Below, piece after piece: positions 24,837 through 32,000 of a stretch of 32,000 nucleotides of DNA; position 1 is the first letter of the stretch, and each line of letters begins with the position of its first letter. Below the pieces are notes generated by a model. It saw only the letters and a program-made list of their open reading frames with translations. It did no database searches and was not told the DNA's origin. The position numbers were made by a program, and so were the translations under genes. The DNA comes from Dickeya dadantii NCPPB 898 (lineage in GTDB: Bacteria; Pseudomonadota; Gammaproteobacteria; Enterobacterales; Enterobacteriaceae), in the NCBI RefSeq assembly GCF_000406145.1, contig NZ_CM001976.1, positions 3,011,337 to 3,043,336 of the forward strand, in the 5' to 3' direction.

Positions 24837-25787
24837 TTAGAAAATCCCGCTCAGGTCGTGTGTATAAGCCTGAACTGCCTTTTCGCCCGAATTTTTCATC
24901 TGCTGAATCATGCTTACCAGTTTCTTCGCATAAGCCGGATCGGTCGCATATCCTGCTTGTTGCAATGCCACCGCAGCCTGCTCCGCGGTGGACGCGGCAG
25001 AAACGCCGGCATAACGGGGATTCTGCGTCAGCAATTTGGCGTAATCGTTTAATGCTTCCAGATAAGAGCCGTATACGCGGAAGGCCGCTTTGACCTTTTT
25101 AGCGACACCCTGCTCGTATTCTGTCGTAGTCACTTCAGTGACCGGACCATCCCAGCTACTGCCGGCTTTAATACCAAAAATGTTGTGGCTGCGGCGCCCA
25201 TCGGCGGTAGGAATCTCACGCTGTCCCCAACCGGACTCCAGTGCAGCCTGCGCCATAATCAGGTGATGAGGAATACCGCTTTGCTGGCTAACCAGCATGG
25301 CCGGTGTGGACAACCGGGAGATAAAATCGGTGCTGCTCATCGGCAGCGCAGACGATTTCTCCGGCAGCTTAGGTACCGCCTTACGCACCATCTGTTCCAG
25401 TACAAACGAGGGCATGGCACGGGCTAATTGGCCATCGGGCTTGAAAGGTGCCGCTGATGCAGGTTCGTTCCCGGCAATACCCTGACCCATCATCTGTTTT
25501 TCAATCACGGAAGCCAATCCCAGCCCTTTGCCCGACGACATTTGCTGGGCCAATTGCTGGTCATACATTGATGTGAGCATGCGGGTTTGATCGCTGCTGA
25601 AAATACCATCTTTCGGCAACGCGTCACGCATGCTCTTCATCATCATCTGCACGAAGACGCCTTCCAACTGTTTAGCCACAGCGCGGATCCCTTCCCGGCT
25701 CTGGGGATGACTGGATACATCCCGCTTCAGCGCGTTAAGTGACTGTGTCTCATAAGCAGCATTGTTAGACGTCTTCATATCGCTCAT
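24837..25787 (-). CDS. flgJ: Flagellar rod-assembly protein / peptidoglycan hydrolase FlgJ (316 aa)
   Basis: QSLNALKRD......R.VAKQLEGVFVQMMMKSMRDALPKDGIFSS (rod-binding N-domain) and HHLIMAQAALESGWGQREI...NIFGIKA...WDGPVTEVTTTEYEQGVAKKVKAAFRVYGSYLEALNDYAKLL (glucosaminidase domain) are present. The start MSDMK at 25787 overlaps the flgI stop (TGATG). The ORF-track start at 25817 was rejected. Confidence 0.95.
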   Translation of the reverse strand: MSDMKTSNNAAYETQSLNALKRDVSSHPQSREGIRAVAKQLEGVFVQMMMKSMRDALPKDGIFSSDQTRMLTSMYDQQLAQQMSSGKGLGLASVIEKQMMGQGIAGNEPASAAPFKPDGQLARAMPSFVLEQMVRKAVPKLPEKSSALPMSSTDFISRLSTPAMLVSQQSGIPHHLIMAQAALESGWGQREIPTADGRRSHNIFGIKAGSSWDGPVTEVTTTEYEQGVAKKVKAAFRVYGSYLEALNDYAKLLTQNPRYAGVSAASTAEQAAVALQQAGYATDPAYAKKLVSMIQQMKNSGEKAVQAYTHDLSGIF

Positions 25788-26896
25788 CAGATAATTTCCA
25801 GCTTCGCTCTCAGGCAACCGGCACTTTCCATCGCCTGAAGAATTGACATCAGATCCATCGGCGTAGCACCAAGCGAGTTCAACGCCCTGACCACACTGTT
25901 AAGGTTGGCGCTGGAGTTTACTCGTTGCAGCGCGCCGCCCTCCTGACGCACGGAGATTTCCGTCTGCGGCGTCACTACCGTTTGCCCACCCGCCAGCGGT
26001 GTGTTCGGCTGACTAACCACATTTTGCTGATTGATGGTGACGGACAGGTTGCCCTGCGCGACCGCGCAGTTTTCCAGTTGGACATTACGGTTCATGACCA
26101 CCGAGCCGGTACGGGAATTAATGATAACCTTGGCGTCCAGCGTGCCGACATTCACCTCAATATTCTGCATATCGGCCAGGAACCTCACCTGAGCACTGTT
26201 GCCGGCAGGCACCACAACCCGAACAGTACGCGAGTCCAGCGGCGCTGCCGAACCACCGCGACCAAAACGGTTGATGGCATCGCTGATGCTCTGCGCCATG
26301 GTGAAATCATCCTGATTTAACTGCAGCATGATGGTATTGCCGGTGCCAAAGGTATTGGGCAGTTCACGTTCGATGACTGCACCGCCGCTAATACGGCCGC
26401 CCGCCAGTTGGTTTACCTGCACGCTGCTGCCACCCGCGGACGCGCCAGCGCCGCCGATCAAGACGTTCCCCTGTGCGATGGCATAAATCTGATTATCCAC
26501 CCCTTTCAACGGCGTCATCAGCAGCGTACCGCCACGCAGGCTCTTGGCGTTCCCCAGGGAAGAAACGACAACATCCACTGGTTGTCCGGAGCGGGCAAAC
26601 GCCGGCAGCTTAGCCGTCACCATGACTGCAGCTACGTTTTTCAACTGCATGTTGGTGCCGGCCGGAACGGTGATCCCCAACTGGGACAGCATGTTACTCA
26701 GACTTTGAGTGGTGAACGGCGTCTGCGTGGTCTGGTCACCGGTGCCATCCAAACCTACCACCAGACCATAGCCAATCAGAGCATTATCACGCACGCCCTG
26801 AATACTCACCAGATCGCGGATACGCTCAGCCGATGCTGGCGGAGCCACCACCATCAGCAAAGCAAGAAGAACGGTAAAGATTGAAGTGATCCGCAT
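25787..26896 (-). CDS. flgI: Flagellar P-ring protein FlgI precursor (369 aa)
   Basis: The signal peptide is [23 protein letters not shown], cleaved before ERIRDL. The mature sequence is near-identical in pattern to E. coli FlgI ([24 protein letters not shown]...[12 protein letters not shown]). The ATG at 26896 has a GAGG SD 6 nt upstream. An alternative ATG is at 26908. The ORF-track start at 26992 lies inside flgH. Confidence 0.96.
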   Translation of the reverse strand: MRITSIFTVLLALLMVVAPPASAERIRDLVSIQGVRDNALIGYGLVVGLDGTGDQTTQTPFTTQSLSNMLSQLGITVPAGTNMQLKNVAAVMVTAKLPAFARSGQPVDVVVSSLGNAKSLRGGTLLMTPLKGVDNQIYAIAQGNVLIGGAGASAGGSSVQVNQLAGGRISGGAVIERELPNTFGTGNTIMLQLNQDDFTMAQSISDAINRFGRGGSAAPLDSRTVRVVVPAGNSAQVRFLADMQNIEVNVGTLDAKVIINSRTGSVVMNRNVQLENCAVAQGNLSVTINQQNVVSQPNTPLAGGQTVVTPQTEISVRQEGGALQRVNSSANLNSVVRALNSLGATPMDLMSILQAMESAGCLRAKLEII

Positions 26897-26912
26897 TGTA
26901 TGCCTCATCAAT

Positions 26913-27632
26913 TTAGAACGGCGAAACATTAAGGAAGAACCGTTGCAGCCAGCCCATGGTCTGCGTTTCATTAATGTAGCCATTACCCACATATTCCATA
27001 CGCGCGTCCGCCACTTGCGTTGACGGTACGGTATTGCTGCCGCTGATAGTTCTTGGGTTCACCACCCCGGAGAAACGAATAAATTCGGTTCCCTGATTAA
27101 CTGCAATCTGTTTTTCACCCACGACATGCAGGTTGCCATTCGTCAGCACCTGATCCACGGTAACCGTTATCGTACCGGTGAAGGTGTTATTCGCGTTGGC
27201 ACCGCCTTTCCCGGTAAAATCATCTTTGCCGGTGGCGTTAAATGCGGCCCGGTTGTTGCCCAGTGGGCCTTCCAGCAAACGCGGCGTTGTGGTCATGCCG
27301 AACGAGCCGGAAGCATCACGGCTGGCATTTGCCGACGAACTCTTGCTGGCGCTGACGTTTTCCTGCAGCACAATGGTCAGCGTATCCCCTACGTTTCTCG
27401 GGCGGCGATCCTCAAACATCGGTTGATAACCATAGTTCATCGCCTGACCGGTCTGGAAAATGGATCCGTTGGGAATAGCCTGTAAAGGCGGTGCAGGCTG
27501 CGCTGTCGTTGGGCCGGTCACCACCTTGTCGTGAGGTATATAGGCGCAACCGGACAGTGTTAACATCATCACGTATGCCAGCAGACGGGGCCGACATGGC
27601 TGCAACGCTGCAACCGACTTCGTATTCATCAT
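26913..27632 (-). CDS. flgH: Flagellar L-ring lipoprotein FlgH precursor (about 239 aa)
   Basis: The lipobox is [58 protein letters not shown] and [51 protein letters not shown] match FlgH. The start is ambiguous among GTG 27635, ATG 27632 and ATG 27629. Confidence 0.95.
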   Translation of the reverse strand: MMNTKSVAALQPCRPRLLAYVMMLTLSGCAYIPHDKVVTGPTTAQPAPPLQAIPNGSIFQTGQAMNYGYQPMFEDRRPRNVGDTLTIVLQENVSASKSSSANASRDASGSFGMTTTPRLLEGPLGNNRAAFNATGKDDFTGKGGANANNTFTGTITVTVDQVLTNGNLHVVGEKQIAVNQGTEFIRFSGVVNPRTISGSNTVPSTQVADARMEYVGNGYINETQTMGWLQRFFLNVSPF

Positions 27633-27762
27633 CACTACGGATATCGCCTTACTTTCAGTAATCTATCCACATATTGAATCAAGGTGGCCACTTTACCCAT
27701 CTGCATTCCAGCCGCAAATCAGTAAAACGCCACCCTATTTAACAAGCGCTACCCAGGAGAGA

Positions 27763-28545
27763 TTACAGCTGGGTCAATTTCTGCAACATCTGATCGGTAG
27801 AAGAAATCGCCTTGCTGTTGATTTCATACGCGCGCTGAGTCTGAATCATTGACACCAACTCTTCGGCGACGTTCACGTTCGATGTTTCAACGAATTTCTG
27901 ATAGATCAGACCCGCGCCGTTCAGGCCCGGCGTGCTCTGGGTCGGCGCACCGGAACTGGCGGTTTCCGCATACAGGTTTTCACCGAGGTTTTCCAGACCC
28001 GCCTCGTTGATGAACATAGCCAGGTTAAGCTGCCCGATCTGTACCGGCGCGGTCTGCCCCTGCTGCGTTACAGTGACCACCCCGTCGCGGCCAACCGTCA
28101 GGTTGCTGGAGTTTGCCGGGATAGTGATCGCCGGCTGAACCTGAAAGCCGCTGGATGTCACCAACTGACCGTTGGAATCCTGCTGGAAAGAGCCATCACG
28201 AGTATACGACGTGGTTCCATCCGGCATCAGCACCTGGAAGAAACCGGCACCTTTGATCGCCATATCCTTCACGTTACCGGTTTCGGAAAAGGAGCCTTGC
28301 GTATGAATGCGCTCGGTCGCCACCGGACGCACACCAGTACCCAGTTGCAAACCTGACGGCAGCGTGGTCTGTTCTGAAGACTGCGCCCCCGGCTGACGAA
28401 CAGTCTGGTACATCAGGTCTTCAAATACGGCACGCTGACGCTTAAAACCATTGGTGCTGACGTTCGCCAGGTTGTTGGATATAACATCCATATTGGTTTG
28501 CTGGGCGTTCAGACCGGTTTTGGCAATCCATAAAGAACGGATCAT
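27763..28545 (-). CDS. flgG: Flagellar distal rod protein FlgG (260 aa)
   Basis: [48 protein letters not shown] and the C-terminus [38 protein letters not shown] are present. An AGGAG SD is present. Confidence 0.98.
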   Translation of the reverse strand: MIRSLWIAKTGLNAQQTNMDVISNNLANVSTNGFKRQRAVFEDLMYQTVRQPGAQSSEQTTLPSGLQLGTGVRPVATERIHTQGSFSETGNVKDMAIKGAGFFQVLMPDGTTSYTRDGSFQQDSNGQLVTSSGFQVQPAITIPANSSNLTVGRDGVVTVTQQGQTAPVQIGQLNLAMFINEAGLENLGENLYAETASSGAPTQSTPGLNGAGLIYQKFVETSNVNVAEELVSMIQTQRAYEINSKAISSTDQMLQKLTQL

Positions 28546-28571
28546 CGAGTCACTCCTGTGCGCAAGGGCAC

Positions 28572-29327
28572 TTAATTCATTGCAAGTATCTGATTAGCAC
28601 GTTGCGTATTATCATCAACGTTGCTGATCACTTTCATCTGCATTTCAAAACGGCGCGAGTTGGAAATCATCTCCACCATCGATTCAACCGTATTGACGTT
28701 ACTGCCTTCCAGTACCCCCGGCATTACCCTGACCGTTGCGTCATTCTGTAATGCCGCACCGCGCTGTTGCTGCGCAGCCGGGGACACGCGGAAAAGGCCG
28801 TCGTCGCCACGGGTCACTTCGGTTCCTGTCGCCTTGACCAGCTTCAGGCGCCCGATCTGGGTAACTGTGTTCGCGGCATCGCTAGGGTTCAGCGCGTTGA
28901 TGGTGCCGTCGGGGCCGATAGTAAGCTGCGTCTGAGGCGGAACGTCAATCGGGCCACCGTCGCCCATCACCAGGTTGCCCTGAATGGTCAACTGCCCATT
29001 GGCGTTAATTTCCATATTACCGTTGCGGGTATATGCCTCGCTGCCATCCGCAGAACGCACCGCCAGCCAGCCATCCTGCGAAAGAGCAACGTCCATGGAA
29101 CGCCCGGTGTAATCCATCGAACCTGGGGTGGTATCCACCCCAGGAGTCGAAGATATCACCAGTGTACGCGTCTCATTGGTAACGCCCTGGATTGGCACGG
29201 CACGCATTGCAGACAGTTGCGCACGAAAGCCCGGCGTAGAGGCGTTAGCCATGTTATGCGACGTAACGGCCTGTTGCTCCAGCGTCTGACTCGCCGCGCC
29301 CATCGCTGTATAGATAGCGTGATCCAT
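28572..29327 (-). CDS. flgF: Flagellar proximal rod protein FlgF (251 aa)
   Basis: [37 protein letters not shown] and the C-terminus [35 protein letters not shown] are present. A GAGGA SD is present. Confidence 0.96.
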   Translation of the reverse strand: MDHAIYTAMGAASQTLEQQAVTSHNMANASTPGFRAQLSAMRAVPIQGVTNETRTLVISSTPGVDTTPGSMDYTGRSMDVALSQDGWLAVRSADGSEAYTRNGNMEINANGQLTIQGNLVMGDGGPIDVPPQTQLTIGPDGTINALNPSDAANTVTQIGRLKLVKATGTEVTRGDDGLFRVSPAAQQQRGAALQNDATVRVMPGVLEGSNVNTVESMVEMISNSRRFEMQMKVISNVDDNTQRANQILAMN

Positions 29328-29348
29328 GCAATATCCTCGTTATGATAA

Positions 29349-30548
29349 TTAACGCAGGTTAACCAACGTGTTGAGGATCTGATCCTGCGTCTTGATGGTC
29401 TGGGCATTCGACTGGTAGTTACGCTGAGCAACGATCATGTTAACCAGTTCCTTACTCATATCGACGTTAGAACTTTCCGTTGCCTTACCCACCAGTTTCC
29501 CGAGGTTGCCGGTACCCGCCGATCCAACCACAGCCTGACCAGAATTGCCGGTTGCAGCCCATACGTTGTCGCCTTGCGGAGAAAGCCCTTCCGGGTTAGC
29601 GAAGTTAGCCAGAGCAATCTGCCCAAGAAGCTGGGTTTTCTTGTTGGAATAGGAACCAACAACACTGCCGTCTTCGCTGATGCTGTAACCGGTCAGTTCG
29701 CCCGGCTCATAGCCATCCTGAGTCGGCGTTTTGGTGCTGTTGGAACCGCTATTCTGCTGAACGGTACCCGTAAAAGACAGATTGAACGTGCTGGCGGCAG
29801 AACCGTTCAGCGTCGCCATGCTAATCGTAGCAGGAGTCGTGGTGGTTAACGCACCGCTGGTATTGAAAGACAGCGTGGTCGGCCCCTGGAAACCCGCACC
29901 GGTAATGCTGGTGTCCTGAGCATAGACATCCCAGCTGTTAGAGGCTGATTTCACAAAATACAACGCGAAGTTATGTGCGTTACCCAAACTATCGTAGGTG
30001 GTAATAGAACCTTTATAGTTTGACGTATTAGTCGGATCGGTAGGATCCCAGGTATTCGTGCTGTCTGACGAGTTCAGACTGGCGATGATCGACGCAGTGC
30101 TGGTGGCCTTGGCCGACATGGTGGTTTCCGGAATGCTCAAACCGACCGGATCCGCGCCCTGCTGAATCGCTGGCGGCGTCCCGGTAGCCGGGTAGCCGGT
30201 CAGTTGCAAACCCTGCGCGTTAACGATGTTACGGCTGCTATCCAGCGTGAACTGGCCGTTACGGCTATATACGACGCTGCCATTGCTATTGAGCAGACGG
30301 TAAAAACCATTACCGTTGATTGCCACATCTAATGAACGAGAGGTACTGGTGATAGAACCGTTGCTGAAATCCTGCAGTACGGATGCAACCCGGGTCCCCA
30401 GGCCTACGTTGGAGCCGGCATACATATCGGCGAAAGAGATATTACTGGCCTTGAAACCAACGGTAGCGGAGTTGGCAATGTTGTTGCCAATCACGTCCAG
30501 ATTGTTAGAGGCAGCGTTTAAACCACTGACCGCCTGAGAAAAGCTCAT
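29349..30548 (-). CDS. flgE: Flagellar hook protein FlgE (399 aa)
   Basis: MSFSQAVSGLNAASNNLDVIGNNIANSATVGFK and the C-terminus ESSNVDMSKELVNMIVAQRNYQSNAQTIKTQDQILNTLVNLR are present. A GGAGAG SD is present. Confidence 0.96.
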   Translation of the reverse strand: MSFSQAVSGLNAASNNLDVIGNNIANSATVGFKASNISFADMYAGSNVGLGTRVASVLQDFSNGSITSTSRSLDVAINGNGFYRLLNSNGSVVYSRNGQFTLDSSRNIVNAQGLQLTGYPATGTPPAIQQGADPVGLSIPETTMSAKATSTASIIASLNSSDSTNTWDPTDPTNTSNYKGSITTYDSLGNAHNFALYFVKSASNSWDVYAQDTSITGAGFQGPTTLSFNTSGALTTTTPATISMATLNGSAASTFNLSFTGTVQQNSGSNSTKTPTQDGYEPGELTGYSISEDGSVVGSYSNKKTQLLGQIALANFANPEGLSPQGDNVWAATGNSGQAVVGSAGTGNLGKLVGKATESSNVDMSKELVNMIVAQRNYQSNAQTIKTQDQILNTLVNLR

Positions 30549-30614
30549 AGTGCTCTCCTGAATATTGATGAACTGTTATTCACTAAAAAGTGACGCGCGT
30601 TATATCCGTAACTG

Positions 30615-31286
30615 CTACAAAATCTGACGTACGTTATCCAGCGTGGACTGGCCGCTCAGGCCCAGATCCAGTAATGCTCCGCTGCTGTTGGTAACCACAC
30701 CATTCACGTACGCGTAGTTCAGAGCCTCTACTACCTGCTGAGTCCCATTTGAGGTAGCGGAAACAGAGATTGTATAAGCACCATCTGGCGCGGTGGTACC
30801 GTCAGAGGCCTTGCCATCCCAGGAATAGGCATGAACCCCGGCGCTCAATGAACCCAGTTCCATACTGCGAACTACTTTGCCGGAGCTATCGGTGATATTG
30901 ACGGTAACGTTCTCCGCCGCATTTTCCAGCTCAACGCCGAACGGCGTAGTCGTTTCATTGCCCACCAACACTTTGGTGCCCGGCACCAGCACGCCATGAC
31001 CAATCAATGATGCAGCCTGAATGGACTGGTTACTGTTGATTTGCGTAGAAATGGATCCCAGAGTGGTATTCAGCTTCTCGATGCCGCTCACCGTGTTTAA
31101 CTGAGCCAGCTGAGAGACCAACTGGTTGTTATCCATCGGGTTGGTTGGATCCTGATTTTTCAGCTGGGCAACCAGCAAAGTCAGGAAGCTATTCTGTAAA
31201 TCGGCACTGCTACTTCCGCTGATAGATGATGATGTCGATGTGGACGATGTACTTTGGACGTCACTGACAGAAGAGGTGGTAGCCAT
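30615..31286 (-). CDS. flgD: Flagellar hook-capping / hook assembly protein FlgD (223 aa)
   Basis: FLTLLVAQLKNQDPTNPMDNNQLVSQLAQLNTVSGIEKL and the C-terminal FlgD Ig-like part (YSWDGKASDGTTAPDGAYTISVSA) are present. Confidence 0.94.
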   Translation of the reverse strand: MATTSSVSDVQSTSSTSTSSSISGSSSADLQNSFLTLLVAQLKNQDPTNPMDNNQLVSQLAQLNTVSGIEKLNTTLGSISTQINSNQSIQAASLIGHGVLVPGTKVLVGNETTTPFGVELENAAENVTVNITDSSGKVVRSMELGSLSAGVHAYSWDGKASDGTTAPDGAYTISVSATSNGTQQVVEALNYAYVNGVVTNSSGALLDLGLSGQSTLDNVRQIL

Positions 31287-31298
31287 GAGTTCTCCAGA

Positions 31299-31703
31299 TT
31301 ACTGACCAATGGTTAATGTCTTCAGCATCATCGATTTTGTGGTATTCAATACTTCCACGTTCGCCTGATAGCTTCGGGACGCCGAAATGGTGTTAACCAT
31401 TTCATTGACGGGATCCACATTCGGCATGCGGACATAGCCTTTGGCATCGGCCAGCGGATTTCCCGGCTGATAAACCAGTTTTTCCGGAGAAGGATCTTCG
31501 ACCACTTTGGCGACCTTAACACCGCCAGTCGCCTGCCCCGGCGCTGCATCAACCTCAAAAACCACCTGCTTGGCGCGATAGGGCTGGCCGTCGGGGCCCG
31601 TAACGCTGTCGGCGTTGGCCAGGTTACTGGCGCTGACGTTAAGGCGTTGAGACTGGGCAGAAAGCGCCGAGCCGGAAATATCGAAAATATTAAGTAACGA
31701 CAT
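31299..31703 (-). CDS. flgC: Flagellar proximal rod protein FlgC (134 aa)
   Basis: [33 protein letters not shown] and [45 protein letters not shown] match FlgC. Confidence 0.97.
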   Translation of the reverse strand: MSLLNIFDISGSALSAQSQRLNVSASNLANADSVTGPDGQPYRAKQVVFEVDAAPGQATGGVKVAKVVEDPSPEKLVYQPGNPLADAKGYVRMPNVDPVNEMVNTISASRSYQANVEVLNTTKSMMLKTLTIGQ

Positions 31704-31736
31704 GAGACATCAACCTTATAGTTGTCGCCAATGCTG

Positions 31737-32000
31737 TTATGATGACCCGGACTGAAGTACCGACATCATCCCTTTGATCTGCCCGCCGATGAGCGTCAGG
31801 CTGCTCTGATACTTGAGGCTGTTATCCGCGAAGTTGGTACGCTCGCGATCCATATCGACCGTGTTTCCATCAAGAGCCGGCTGAGTCGGGACACGATAAA
31901 GCAGATCAAGTTCGGGCGGCTGTACTGTCTGAGCGGGAATATGACGTGCAGACGTCAGGCTCAGCGATACGGATTGACCGCTGGCACGCCCTTGCTCCAT
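31737..32000 (-). CDS. flgB: Flagellar proximal rod protein FlgB (partial; the N-terminal ~50 aa lie beyond the right window edge)
   Basis: [10 protein letters not shown]......[52 protein letters not shown] matches the C-terminal two thirds of E. coli FlgB. The M at 32000 in the ORF track is an internal codon, not the start. Confidence 0.94.
   Translation of the reverse strand: MEQGRASGQSVSLSLTSARHIPAQTVQPPELDLLYRVPTQPALDGNTVDMDRERTNFADNSLKYQSSLTLIGGQIKGMMSVLQSGSS

Noticed and set aside
24758-25093. 111-aa plus-strand ORF across the flgJ-flgK gap
   Set aside because: It is antisense to the flgK sigma-28 promoter and to the flgJ 3' end. Its translation is Arg-rich with no recognisable motifs.
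1-32000. Search for CRISPR arrays, IS elements or transposases, integrases, tRNA/rRNA genes, toxin-antitoxin or defence-system genes
   Set aside because: I saw none. All sizeable ORFs are accounted for by flagellar genes or the three modification genes, and there are no long direct or terminal inverted repeats.

Overview
Nearly the whole window is one contiguous enterobacterial-type flagellar gene cluster. The order is fliC (-), divergent fliDST (+), fliE (-), fliFGHIJK (+), fliLMNOPQR (+), then convergent flgLKJIHGFEDC plus the 3' part of flgB (-). These calls rest on three things. The translated ORFs are directly recognisable against well-known E. coli/Salmonella flagellar proteins. Gene junctions show translational coupling (ATGA, TAATG, TGATG overlaps). 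Three near-consensus sigma-28 promoters (fliC, fliD, flgK) can be read in the sequence. Several ORF-track starts were trimmed to the homologous or SD-supported start. The only accessory DNA is the left ~6 kb, which holds three minus-strand genes directly downstream of fliC. They are a 1150-aa fusion (SAM-methyltransferase, helical/TPR region, GT41/O-GlcNAc-transferase-like domain), a DegT-family sugar aminotransferase, and an ATP-grasp ligase. The ATP-grasp gene is partial and absent from the supplied ORF track; I found it by translating the minus strand. I interpret this as a flagellin-modification (glycosylation, possibly also methylation) island acting on an unusually short 280-aa flagellin. 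It is the best candidate for an uncharacterised system here. Secondary observations are an internal module duplication in FlgK, an (Ala-Asn-Asn)n repeat in FliF, a divergent flg22-equivalent segment in FliC, and about 480 bp of unexplained DNA between the back-to-back fliC/fliD promoters. There are also several well-formed hairpins, including a fliC terminator with a UUCG tetraloop, a 12-bp perfect hairpin between fliD and fliS, and a bidirectional fliT/fliE terminator. I saw no rRNA, tRNA, CRISPR array, IS element or integrase. The fused fli/flg layout and about 50% GC suggest an Enterobacterales genome with a single flagellar locus (Pectobacteriaceae/Yersiniaceae-like), but that taxonomic guess is inference only.
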